From positions 9,176,001 through 9,240,000 of the forward strand of contig CM060731.1 in the NCBI GenBank assembly GCA_030704615.1: 64,000 nucleotides of DNA, in the 5' to 3' direction. Shown piece after piece: positions 34,701 to 47,546 of the stretch. Within the stretch, counting starts at the first letter, position 1; each line of letters starts with the position of its first letter. The translations under genes were made by a program, and so were the position numbers. Source of the DNA: Takakia lepidozioides (Eukaryota; Plantae; Bryophyta). Under the pieces are notes generated by a model that worked only from the letters and a program-made list of their open reading frames with translations, was not told the DNA's origin and ran no database searches.

Positions 34701-37700
34701 CAACCTATTCTTTCGGGAGATAGCAGATGCTCGCCGGAGCCACGAGTTCACCGACCAGCCGAACGCGGACAAAGCAGCAATGCGCCTTCTGTACAGGTAC
34801 ATACGCGCTGCTTTTCTTTCAAGTCCTTGCATTTCAGGATGTTAGAGGCCTCATGGTGTTAGGGAAAATGGCGCCGAATTTCCAGTCAGGGCTCCGAAAA
34901 TGGCTAAGTCCCTAGACTGGCTGGCCCCAAACTGGAAATTCGGCGCCATTTTCCAGTTCTAGGCCCTATTGCCGTTCTGGGACTTGGCCATTTTCGGGCT
35001 AAATCCCTAGACTGGCTGGCCCGGAACTGGAAATTCGGCGCCATTTTCCAGTTCCAGGCCCTATTGCCGTCTAGGGACTTAGCCATTTTCGGGCTAAGTC
35101 CCTAGACTGGCTGGCCCTGAACTGGAAATTCGGCGCCATTTTCCAGTTCCAGGCCCTATTGCCGTTCAGGGACTTAGCCATTTTCGGGCTAAGTCCCTAG
35201 GGTGGCTGGCCCGAAACTGGAAATTCGGCTTTTTCCAGTTCTAGGCCCTATTGCCGTTCAGGGACTTAGCCATTTTCGGGCTAAGTCCCTAGACTGGCTG
35301 CCCCGAACTGGAAATTCGGCGCCATTTTCCAGTTCTAGGCCCTATTGCCGTTCAGGGTAGCCATTTTCGGGCTAAGTCCCTAGGGTGGCTGGCCCTGAAC
35401 TGGAAATTCGGCGCCATTTTCCAGTTCTAGGCCCTATTGCGGTTCTGGGTCTTAGCCATCTTCGGGCCAAACCGGGAAAAATGGCGCTGAATTTCCAGTT
35501 CAGGGCTCCCAAGATGGCTAAGTCCCTAGGGTGGCAGTCACCGAAAATCGAAATTCGGCGCCATTTTTCCATTTCTAGGCCCACTCACATCCGCCCCAAC
35601 CTGGGAAAATGGTGCCGAATTGCATTTCAGGGACCTCATTGTGTTTTTCATGAATGCAGGTACTGCAAGTTCTCCCTTTTGGAGAAAGGTCATCTGTCTT
35701 TCGAGCCACCATTCTTCCTGGCATGGAGGAACCCTAGGGTTGACTCCATGTACATTGACGATATTGTGAAGGAGTGGCATCTGGAACATTTGCGTGATTG
35801 CCCTTGGTATGTGGACCTTCCGCCCGGCTCGCTCGACCCATCCGAGTTTCAATTGAAGCTGGATGCTGAATTCCGACGAAACCGGGCTCCGCTGCCTCCG
35901 TTGGGTGCAAAAGAGGCAAAAGCGCTTGCGAACTCCAGGAAAGCGGCAGAGCTTGCTCAGGCTGGAATTCAGGAGAATTTGCCAGAGAAGAGTAAAGGCC
36001 AAAGGAAAAGGACAAGGAAACAGGTGAGTGCAGTAACACCCAAAAAGAAGAAAACCATCGGGGCATCGGAGGAGGCGCAGGAGGGGACCCAAGAGAGTGA
36101 CTCCGACGACGACTTTGTTCAAGGTCCTGCGACTGCTGTTGCTCCTACCCAGTCACCGGTCGTCCGGGTTCCCAAGTCAGTTCGGAGTGGGACTGGTTCT
36201 GCCAAGAAGTTGGCATTTGAGGGCGAGCCTACACGGCGGTATTCGGCGGTGACGTTTACGCACAGGCCAAAGCTAGAACCTCCAACCATCATCCAATGCG
36301 TCAATGAGAGCTTCCTTGACGCTCTCGCTGCCAGGGCGAAGAAGGTGGCACACAGCAAGTCTCTGGCGGAGCAGAAGGGGAAAGCCAAAAGAGGGGCTGG
36401 CGGTACAGAGCCTAAAGACACCCCTGGTTTTGAAGCCATGATGGAATTCTTCACGGCTGTGAGCACGGATTGCAAGAGCACTCGGGGGGGGGGGGTTGAG
36501 GTGGAGAGCTTGCGACATGATTCTCCTCGACATTCCAGATGGGGAGCTGCTGGAGGGCCTGGATGGTGTGCCCACCTGGAACAGGTTTACTGAGGACTAC
36601 TGGAAAGCCGGGTTTGGGCTGGCGGGGATGCTTCTGGATGGTGGATGTGTGGTTGTCCTTGCCACGAGAGGGAAGACCACAGAGAATGCGGTGGCAAGGT
36701 GGACACCGAAAAGTGTCACCCCGGTCCTCCTCAGAAAATGGTTCTGCATCAGTACACAGGGGTGCGAACAGAGGGCCAAAGTGTAAGTTATCAATCTATT
36801 GCATTCACTTCATATTGTGGTGTATGTTAAGTAGACCCTGGAGTTGATCCCTTCTTTGTTGGATGTGGAGACATTGGTGTTTGAGGCATATTGCTTTGTG
36901 AAGAGAGGGTCTACGTTCAAATTCCGCAACGACGGTCGTCTTGTTGATGCCGCTGTGGACCATGTCCTCTACAACTATGTGCCCTACTCCAGTATGTCGA
37001 AGGACACAAAGACTGGCAAATTGTGGCGGTACAGCAGGACCCGGAGCCCTGCTTTCATCCAAACCCTCATGGAGACGTGCTCGGATATCCAAGGGCGGAT
37101 TCTGGACCTCACATGCGGCACGGGTAAGCCTTCACGTGCTCAGTTTGTCCCCTGGCCCGATTGCAATTGCATGCCGCAAGCTATTAACCGCCCGCTTTGT
37201 TCCTCAGGTGCTTCAATGTGGCAGGGACGTTGTCCGACAGGCATGTGTTCGCTTCGAGCCAGATACTGCCCTCCACAACTCGGAACTTGCAGCGGCTGAA
37301 CGTCTGCCGAAAGAGGAAGAGGCATCCTCGGAGGATGAGGAAAAATCCGAGAAGGAGTAGGGGGAGGAAGTTGGGATCGAGGCCGAAGAGCCCCCGGTTT
37401 ACGAGTGAGTGGTCGCATTGTAAGTTGCTTCCAGATTTCGTGAGGCACCTCCCTCCGCTCTCTTATTTCATTGAAAACCCTTTCTGGTTGTGCTGGTATT
37501 GACATTCTTGAAGTGGATTTGTTCTTACTGTAGGATGCCAAGTACTGCCGGAGGGACGTCTACACCGGAGTTCATGGGCAGGAGGAACGTGCCTTTTTTT
37601 GCCAGGGGGGATTTCATGCCTAGTCCAGAAAGGGAGTACATCCTTCCTACTTATGCTGCCCGGCTTGCTTCGGTGTCCATTAGGAGGTGTTCTGAACCTA

Positions 37701-37984
37701 GTCGTGTACAGCAGATTTTAGACGAGGCAAGCCTCAAGAAAATAAAGATGAGGGAGGAGGCAGCAGCTATTAGAGCCCGTCGGGCTCGTAGATTTGTCTT
37801 GGATTCTGCTGAGGAAAGTGGGGGAGAAGACGCAGAAGATTCCCAGGAGGTGAGGTGGACAGTCCCCCAAGGAGAGGACGGGATTTTTGAGAGGCATAGT
37901 GGAACTGATGCATCACAGAGCTCGGAGGATGAGGGGGATGAGGAAGAAGGTGGGGCAAGTTCCTCGGAGGGTGTAGGAGAGTAG
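31773..37984 (+). CDS. Multi-exon ParB-like + beta-class DNA MTase-like fusion (MULE-2 accessory gene), frameshifted; start tentative
   Basis: RIPLCRLVSLQVVRP, KMFYVWDGNHRLLAWM, TWYRLSVDAMVDY, MRLLYR|YCKF, CPWYVDLPP, CDMILLDIPDG, RSPAFIQTLMETCS...RILDLTCGTG, YILPTYA, all collinear with the MULE-1 gene and sharing several intron positions. Confidence 0.8.
34862..35625. repeat. ~95-bp tandem array with the imperfect palindrome CTGGAAATTCGGCGCCATTTTCCAG in intron 34797-35659 of the MULE-2 accessory gene
   Basis: Units start at 34904, 34999, 35094, 35189, 35281 and 35372, plus flanking inverted partial units. Confidence 0.93.
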
Positions 37985-38634
37985 TGCCCATTCCGGCTAT
38001 GACAGTTAGAACACACTTGTATAGACGTGGCTTGCCACAAAATTTGCAATAAAATGTTGCATTTCAAGTCCACTGGTGCCACATTCCAACTTCACATGAC
38101 CCTATTTCCGTGCCTCCTAACCCTATTTCCGTGGACTCACAATGGTCTGCTCATGCTTTTTTTTTTCCTCTCATGCTTCTGCCGCTCATGAAATAGCAGC
38201 CCCCTAACTGCCTACATATTTGGCCTCTTATAAACATCACAATCTTAATTCTACTTCTCTTATTGTCACCACTGCTGTCAACCCTGCTACTGATTGTGGA
38301 GGTGCCATTTGGTTTCATGACTCCCCCCCCCACCACTGAGCTTCCAAAGTCGGGTGAAGTAGCCCTAATTACTAAGGATATCTGGCTGTCATGTTCCCTG
38401 CTATTCTGGATGCCAACCCTCACCAATTCCAACTTTGCCGCTGAGGTTGTCCCCAGCATCACAGATGTGACAATTTCCAGAATGTTGTTCAGTATCCTTT
38501 ATTTTTGAAGAATACATGGAAACAGCTTCTGAGCCTCAAACCTTCATAAATGTGGGACCAAATGGAAAACGGCCCAGAACTACCTCACATTTGGGAACTA
38601 AAAACAGACACTACTCTTCCAACACAACCGTATA

Positions 38635-41600
38635 TTACACAATTACTGGAGCAGTTTGACCACCGTCAAAGATCCTGCCTGAGTTTGGACCCCGCAAGAG
38701 TTGAGGCAAGTAGGCTTGCTCAATCTCAATACGATGGCGTGGGTCGTACATGTTCTCGTCCCTCAACGCCTGCAAAATGGCCACTGGAGGAGAATTCCTG
38801 GAGGAGTTCCAAGCAGGTGGGGTAATACTGTCAGCATGGCACATAGTCACCCAATTTCCAGTGGCTCCATGTTGTATACTTGACATCAAGTGTATTTCTC
38901 AAGAAGATCATACCTAGTTGAGACAACTGATGCAAGGTAAATGAGACAGTCAAGGAATATGCCATGGAAAAGTATGACAGCTGGGTCACCAGTGCAGGCT
39001 AAACCATGGGTGGCGGTTTTCTTCAGAACGCTGGTTTGCTAAAATGATGAATTTTGCTCACTACTGATTGACAGAATGATTGACAGAGCAGAAGAAAAAC
39101 AAAGACAGCTTCAAACGATACCTTTGAATCAAGATCTTGTACAAAGTCTGCAAGATGGGGCAAAGCTCCACAGGTGTTACTGGCTTATTCAACTGAGGAT
39201 GCATCACACTTAGGCTTGGTTGCCGGAGCAATTCATGAAAAGCTTCCACTGCTGAAACTCCCTGCAACCAACAGGTGGTCACCAAACTCAGATGTACACA
39301 AATCAACCGTTGATGTGGGAATGTAGGTGGCAAGCACACATATCAGCATCGGAGGCTGGGCCATCCTGTACTAAGAGCCTAGTACAAGGTTTAAAATGTT
39401 ATGTATGTGCTGGAGCTTCAAAGAGTTTCCGAATCTTGGACTGTCAGGCTAGCAGTGTGAGATTGATCTCCTGAATCTCTAGGAATTTGCAGAATGGGTG
39501 GCAGTTCTACTCGGGCCCCAGTACCAAGGCCATTTGTACTCACAATTCAGCCCAAATTCTCAACTCCCCTGTGCTTCAAGGAGCCTTGACAGACAATGAA
39601 GCGCCTTCGTTGTACACCAGAATTGCAATTGGGCTAAGACACGAACCTGAATCATACCCTTGCCACTGATACTGTCACCCATGTCAATGGTAAGCTCCCC
39701 GCTGGCCAGCTTCTGTCCATACCATGCATTGCGCCCTTTCAGAAGGGTGACATATGTGTCAGCCAGCAGTGGGCCTGCTAATCCTTCAGGCTGGTCCGAC
39801 ACCAAATGCGTGATGTAAATCATCTCTGATGTGCAGTGTGCAAAATACACAGACTTGCTTGTAGCACTCTCATTTGTCAAAGCCCCTACCATCCCTGTGT
39901 GAGTTACAATGTCAGTGGTGGTTATTGATTGACCTACCTAGATGTCTAGTAACAAACAAAGATAGCCTTGACCCATGGACGTTTAACCATCACCCCAAGA
40001 GCTTACCACAACATTCTTCTGCTTGGATGATTCAACCAGAACTACAGCTGAAGATTTTCCAGCACAAATATGGAAAATCAATTTGCCATCGTCGCGTTTG
40101 GAGTGTCCCCCTTAGCTTTATTGGAACAGCCCTATCAACGGGGCCAACATACATTGAAAGAGTTTGAACTGCTATTTAGAAACCAATGAGCAAAGTATGG
40201 GAGTGTTTAAATGCACAATCTTGACATGATCTGCTCTGCACTGGAATCTGTCATAAAGTTCAATAAGACATCATGTGATTGTTCGATACTGTTTTGATTG
40301 CACACCAAATTAGCAGTAAGGAAACATGGAACATTATCAGAAGCCAACAGATTGCTCTTGACTTGATCCCCTTCTCCAGCTGCCAGAGTGGTCCATCTCC
40401 TCCATGAATCCAGGAATTCGAGGGCGCACGTTGCTATATATTTAGTGTGTGAACTCTACAAAATGCACAAAGTCAGCTTGTTGAAATATAGGAGGCTTGC
40501 CTGCACCGATTGCATAGACGTTCTTGAGGCCCCCCATAATCTCATGTGTGGTGAGGTCGCTGTTGTCCCAAACACTAAAATGTGGTTGCCGCAAGAAATT
40601 TGCCAATGGCTTTCTCCACTTTTCCGCACCACAGATGCGAGCATTGGCATACTCCTTGTTGTACACCTCTGCTGCAATGTTTGGGCCTCCTAGAAACAGG
40701 ACATTCTCCGATGGAATACCGGCTGACCCACAGACCAACCAAGCAGCAACTCTTGCATTAGTAATCAACCCTAGGTTGATAAGTGGAGCATGCACTGATC
40801 ATGTGACTACCAGCGGTATCAACCAATGCTAAACATTTTTACCAAATAATATGTCATTTCTTCGCAATTGTACTTACTCAATAAAGCAGACCTACTGTGG
40901 ACATGGGTACTCTGATATTCTTGCTGGGGGCACAGCTTTTCAGTCGGGTGCGGGCCAACATTTACTATGGAAACAACCCTCAAATCCACTGAACCACTCT
41001 AAAGTCTCACTACCATGGCAGAAATAAAGGCATAGCTAGTAGGTACACTACTGCAGCAATGAGAAAATAACGATAGTTACACACTTCATTTTCCAATAAT
41101 TATCTGCACTATACTTTCAACCAGAGCCTCTGTTCCTCCTACTAGATGCGATCAGCTGTCAAAGGAGACAATGTTCTGGAAGGAAGATTCTTGTCCTCCC
41201 ACCTCTGTGCCTCTTTGGTTTACTTCACAAAAATTATATTTCCTTTCGGAGCCCTGACATATCATAGATCCACTGTTCAGACAGGTGATTTCCAGCAGTA
41301 ACTTGTGGGGTCTTTATTGTAGGACGGATGATCATAGGATTCCGAATGCCTATAACCAGCGAAGCCCCCCAACTTTTGGCAATATTTGGTGCAAATTTAA
41401 AAGCCTGTGCCTGCCTAGGCGTGCATATGAGCTAGCATTCCGTCATAGAGTCCAACACACAGATTAAATTTAACCACAGCAGCAGCTCATGCTCCAGCTG
41501 GAATCAAAGCAAGTAGATGGTACTGACTGGTATCCAGAATCATTTGTGTAGGCGTGATGATGTGAGGCACCGGCTGAAGCGCAGCCTCCACACCCTTGGC

Positions 41601-42462
41601 CAAGGAGATGATGATGGGCATAGTGCGGCGCTCCCGCCAGAAGCGACCGAGCTGTTGGAAAATAGCGCGTGTCTCAGTGGAAGGAAGGCTATTGACGACA
41701 ATGTCAGCATCCCACACAGCCTCCTGGAGGTTGGTGACCACTTTGAGAGGACACAGCGGGGTGTCGATCATATTCATGCAAAAGCCATCCCGCAGAATCT
41801 CGTCCGCATATAGGATGCGATCGCCCAGCCGCGCCTCCACATACTTGAGGTACGCACATTTGCGTATGAGCCGACGCAGCACGTCCTCACGTGCATTGAT
41901 GACTTCAAACAGCCGCTCCGAAGTCCATCGGTCCACCTCCTTCCCTGCTCGCCGCCATATCCGCACCTGCACGGCCCATCAAGCTTCCAAGTCCACAGAG
42001 TGAAACTCTAGCTCACAACAAACTAATGGGCACTACGTAATGCATGCCCGCACTCCAGTAGGAAAGGAAGACAGAGCGGGGATTAAACGGATCCTCGAGC
42101 CATTCATAACACCCACACAGAAATATGACGAGATACATTTGCGCAATGCCATCGCAATGTGACCTCCATTGTACATCTCATAAATTACAGTAGCAGATGG
42201 GCTTGACCTGAACAGAATCGCGCATGTGCCCATACGCATCTTGCAACATAGCTACGAATACACTGCCCCAAGCACCGGCCCCCACACCCACAATACGCAA
42301 AGCATCCCCATCCGCTTTTCCCAACAAGCTGCGAAGCTCTGCCACTCTCTCTTCTCCGAATCCGGAAATGAGTGCTGCCCTCTTGGCATCTGCATCAATC
42401 CCGTGACCATTGCTGCTCACTTCCTCCTTATCCCCAAGCTGCATTGCCGCACCTCTTTCCAT
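38635..42462 (-). CDS. GPDHc1: Cytosolic NAD-dependent glycerol-3-phosphate dehydrogenase (plant GPDHc type), 6 exons
   Basis: Exons 42462-42208, 41966-41528, 40722-40501, 39894-39647, 39261-39122, 38797-38635. [66 protein letters not shown]. Intron 3 has a GC donor. Confidence 0.93.
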
Positions 42463-44734
42463 TCCTCTCCACACCACTCCTACAGCAATAATATGTCGCC
42501 ACCATATAATACTCCCTCCCTCGTACACTGTACACGCATACGCCAACGGATACACAAGAGTTATGTCTTCCACAACAGATGTCGACGCACTGCAGGCTCC
42601 CTCTCTACTCTCTACTTTCTAGTTTCTACCCTGCTGCTCTGCGAGATTCTGTCATCAGTCTTCACCTCCACCCTTCCTCTCTCGCTCTCACGTGAATGTT
42701 ACCTCCCAACACTCGGGCTGGCAGAATCCTGGGCCTCTACTTACGTTCCCAGTCCCCCTCCGCCAGGAGCCCGTGATAGAATCCGCTCGTGCGTACTGGG
42801 TCATGGCGTCGTCATCCCTCCCACTTTGCCGGGCGCTTCTTATTATTACTCGGGATTGCAATCACAGATCGCGCACAGCAGACTGTGTTCTTGCGTGGTG
42901 GGTTGGAACTTGGTGGGCTAATAAGCTATCATCATGGGATCCACACAGAGAATATGAAGCAATTCGTCACTCTATAGTTGGATGATTTGAAGGTGGAAGC
43001 GATCATTGCGTAACTTACATATTGTCTCTTCCGCACTCGCAACTCTGCTGCAGAGAGATTGAGATTGAGCGGATTGGGCAGATAAGCCTGGCGGCCAGTG
43101 CAGGTGGGAGTAGGTAAGTGCAGCCCCAGTTCCTGTCGACAATCGCGGCGTTCTGCATGGCGGGTTGTTGCGATCCTTTATTATAGCCATCTCTTTCTTT
43201 AGATGATGAGTGGTCTCCTTGAATGATTCCCATGAAATGGATTGCTTGAAGTGGCAGCGTGGGATACTCCAGATGTCTGGGAGTTAGAAAAGCTGGAGAC
43301 TACTGTAGTGGCCCTCAGGTTGCACTGCCAGTTTGGAACATTGAGACAGCAAATATGTTGTTCGAGAGAGTCACGTTGTGCCCATCAATCACAGCCCATG
43401 AAATTGCGGTCTAGTGTGTCCCCTTAGTGTTCCCACTATAATTATTTCTTCTAAAACCCATCTGTGAGGCTGTAAAGGGGATGTGTAGCAGGGAGAGCAT
43501 ACGTTGTGCTCAGCACCAAGGGATGTCATCACTCTCCTCTGCTGGATACTTCGGGCTTCCAATTTCTGCAGGCCAATTCAGTTTTGTGGATCACAAGTAT
43601 TGTTTTACATTGAAGATTAAAGAGGACTTTTGACCTGTTTTTAGACATTTTCTAATTTAGCAGACACCAGATAGCTCAATGATCTTGACTCCCTAGTGCT
43701 GACGCTACAACCTCGGAGCTATGCTGGCGAATACTGCGGGATGCTTATAAGACTGAAGATGAAAAGAGGTGAGTGCCAATCAGATTGCCAGATTACCGAG
43801 GAACCTTGTCAGTTCCCATGAGACAGATCTTCATAGGGTAAGCAAGGAGGAGGGCAGTTAGGTGCAGGGATGGCAGTGAAGTAGTTGAAAAGGTAACACA
43901 CTCCAGGTTAGTGCATGATGGAACTTGCGTTGTGATGTGGTTGTGTAATACTGATGTGGTTTGACACAATCCAGAAGGTGAATCTGATGTTACAGAGAAT
44001 GACCCCTAACAATGGCTCTATGGAATTGGGGGCCTTATGGTACTTGTACACCTGAAAATAAGGTGTCCAAGTTGTGACTGTTTCTTTATCTTGAGTACCA
44101 AAAGATACCCAGAAATTCCACAACCAAGAGAAACAGCAAAACAAATTTCACAAATAAAATTGCCTTAGGAATTATAGATATGTTATATCTTCCAGGAGAA
44201 GATCCAGGAGGCAATATTTGTACATAGCACAATAACTGAGCTCTGAGCCAACTGCAGTTGCAAACTCAGAGCCCTAATGCCACACCAATCTATAACCTCA
44301 TGAGCAGGACAAGTACCTCCCTTCATGTCCTGAAATTGACATGAAGGAAGGTTCCAGAACCAAGAACCATTCAACCGGGAACAAATGCACACATTTGTAC
44401 ACCAGAAATCAGATAGATGCAGACAAACCTTTGAAGAGAGAGACACCTCCAAGGCAGAATCACTTTGTCTCGGAGCAACACAGCCCCTCTGGGGTTGTCC
44501 CCACAGGATTACCAGCCGTGACTGATGCCCAAGCTTCTACTGTCACCCATGGCATCAAAGTTGACGTTCAAAGAATCGCCAAATCAGTAGTCGATGTCAC
44601 TATAGGAATCCACAACTTCATCCTGGAAGGGATTGAGGAAACAGAGACGTGAATCGTTGAGTAGTGAGTTCAACCGACCAACGAGGAGTGAATTCTGGTG
44701 GTTGTGGACTGAAAATTTTCGCACGTCACACACA

Positions 44735-47546
44735 CTAACTAGGATTCGTTTTTGGTGTTCCATGCTCTAAGTCAGAGAAACACGGTTGATGGTACGCATC
44801 AAACCGCATGGCACGGGAGACATCCTCGTCTCCAACAAATGCCTCGGGCTCAAATTGGCGAGCTGATCCATCATTATAAGGAAGCCTGCTTGTCCGGCTG
44901 ATGGTTCCCTCTTCATGCTCAACAACAGGGTGCACTCTGGGATAAGGACCAGGAAGTGCCAACAAGAGTACAGTACCAGCAATGAGGGAGATGCCTAGAC
45001 CCACCAATGTCAGCTTCAGTCTCATAAGGGCTGGCTTGACCTGCAGCAAAAATTTCAACAAACCAAGACCACTTTCAACAAAATTGGTATAGCTTCTGAA
45101 CCTAAACAATTTTAGACACATGTGTTACTGCTTTGTATACGCAAATGCTTCAGCACTGCTAAGCTGACTCACTTAAACTCATCACCATTAGCCAGCAAAG
45201 ACTGTACTTTGCTGATTGTATGCATGAAAATTGGTAGTGAAACTAGTGACTTGAAAATTAACATTAACAGCTAAACTTAAAAGTGTGCGACCGAAGTGGC
45301 CAGGATGCAAAGATGAACTCATTTGGAGAAATTTCACCTTATATGAGCCAAGCAAGCGGTCTCGTGCCAAAACCTCTGGAGGCTTCACCCAGACCTGCAT
45401 GCGCAATGCACAATATCCACTTCTGTAGGTACTTCACAAGCCTCAACACAATGGACTATGAGTAAATGCACAAATACTATGTAACAAATGTAAACCCTGA
45501 ACACTTCCAAGTTTCCACTCTAACATTGGTCTATGGCTACAAACCAACAATGTGTACTTCTATTCCTGGAAGGACCTCAGAGTTCTTCCTTTACCAGAGG
45601 TGGTGACACATCAGTTAGTTGTGCATGACATCTCCTTATTATCACAGCCAAATGGTTCCACTCAATGTGCATCATAACTTTCAGTCTTTTCTCATGATGT
45701 CAATTCCTCCTTCTACTTTCACCTATCTAAAGACCGCCAATCCCTGACAGAGGTGTTCCATTAAGAGGAACAGAGGTGCTTTGTGGTATATCTACATGAG
45801 GCTGGCTAGTAGAGGATCCCTCAGAGTCCACTGTAGTTTTCTGATTGTGGTGGCTGGTTTGAAAGCCCCAACTTTTCTTTTTTGTTCTAGTTTTCTAATT
45901 TAATTCGTCCCTGAGCTCTTTGAGCTTCCTGTGGATGTTATAAAGCTTCTCTCTTTCTTAAAATCCCACGTCCTCAGTCACTACACCCTGTGGAGGACTC
46001 AGTAAAAGAGAAACACACCTCGCCATCATACCACCCTGTCTCTTCATCTGCAACAAACAGCCAAGTCCCAGCCACAATTCAACATAACTCATGCAGAAGT
46101 TCATGGAGATCATGTAGGGTTCAATGCATCTGGCATTTGATCCGAGACTACTACAAGCACATGGCAAAGCAACCGATCACTAATGAAGATCTACCACAAT
46201 ACCTATGGCTATTGATATCAAAATCAGCTCACTATTGGATGGCTGTATTTTGATTGAAATTTTATGACAACTTTCAGCTTTGCAGGTAGATCAGCTGAAA
46301 AAGCAATCTGCCTGCCTGGGCCATAGAAAGCTAACCTTCAACAACAGCAGTCAAATGTCACAACACTGTAGCTATGAGCAGAAAGCTGAAAAACACCACA
46401 GAAAAACAACCTGCCCAACTACTGGCTCAAATCATCACACATTAGTTAGTTTAAAGCATATCATCACATATGTAGATATGATGCAAACCATACAAAATTA
46501 GAATGAACTATTCACTTAATTATCAGAGGCGCTTCTTCACAAGCGTCCATTCATTGAAGTCATGCTTCACTTTTTGAACCATGAACATGTGCTTTAAACC
46601 ACAACCATGTGCTGGAAACAACACAAGGAAAACTGGGAGGGAACTCCTTTGCATCTGCAGAAAGTTGTTCATGAATGAAATCAATGAAATCAGTGACAAC
46701 AGCGAATGTCAAAGCATCGATAGAATGTCTTCTGAGTGGGAATACTTACATTCGACGGTTGCACTGAAGAGGCGGTTGCCTACATAGGCCCAACCCAGGT
46801 ATAGGCGGAGAGCAGTCAGTGTGGCAGCCAAGATCCCCCCGCACAAAGCCCCTACGGTGTACTTCATTGCCTCTTGCTCAGGATTGAAGCTCATTGTCAG
46901 AACCCAGCCAGCAAGAACTGAAGACACTACACCAACAGCTGTCAGCCTTGAGCCATAAGCCCACAGCCCGTCAGTCGCCCATGGAAACAGCCACGACTCT
47001 ATCAAAAATTGGTACTCGTTTACTGGCTGTTGATCCCATGGCACTGGGCACTCAACAACCCTGCCTCCCTCTGCAAACAGTGGGTCATACCTGCGAAGAT
47101 CCATGAGATCATCAGAGTAGGACCATAATATGACATTCTAACGGTAGCCGGACATCAAAAGGTCGATGGCCCCACAGTTGGTCTGAACCTAGTGAAAGAG
47201 GGCTTTGAGAGCGCATGATTTTGCAACGGCTTCCGGACGCCAAGAATTACAAATACCTTGCAGCTCAACTGCAACAAACTTGGGCGAAAAATAGAATTTG
47301 CAAATACCTTGGACCCTTGTCGCCGGAGCTACCCCCCTTCTTAGCTCGGGCCTCGACACAAAACTTCCGCTTTTGCTGCTGCATGATCATAGTGGTTCGC
47401 AAACTTCCCACACATACAGGAAAATTGGGGGCCGAATTTGATAGGCATACCTGAAACTTGAGGGAAGGAGGAGTACTCAAAGAGGGACAAGGGTCCAGAG
47501 TACTAGTTGGAATAAGTTTTCGACTGAGGAGCTGTGCAGTAGCCAT
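44735..47546 (-). CDS. DUF1230/Ycf36-like (CGLD27-family) plastid membrane protein, 5 exons
   Basis: Transit-peptide-like exon 1; ECPVPWDQQPVNEY; LRLYLGWAYVGNRLFSATVE; micro-exon (Y)EETGWYDGE at ~46018-46048; VWVKPPEVLARDRLLGSYK; VKPALMRLK. Confidence 0.88.

Larger units (their letters stand above)
28200..38149. mobile_element. Second, diverged MULE of the same type (MULE-2), left end missing or replaced
   Basis: Same divergent arrangement of a transposase homolog (-) and a ParB-MTase homolog (+). Duplicated ACCCTATTTCCGTG near 38100-38135 may mark the right subterminus. No matching left TIR or TSD found in the window. Confidence 0.7.

Noticed and set aside
9477-37984. Bacterial or phage contamination as the source of the ParB/MTase sequences
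   Set aside because: Both genes have multiple GT-AG introns at shared positions and are embedded in plant transposons contiguous with plant host genes.
38095-38180. Defined TIR/TSD pair for MULE-2
   Set aside because: A candidate right end exists, but no matching left terminus or TSD was found in the window.
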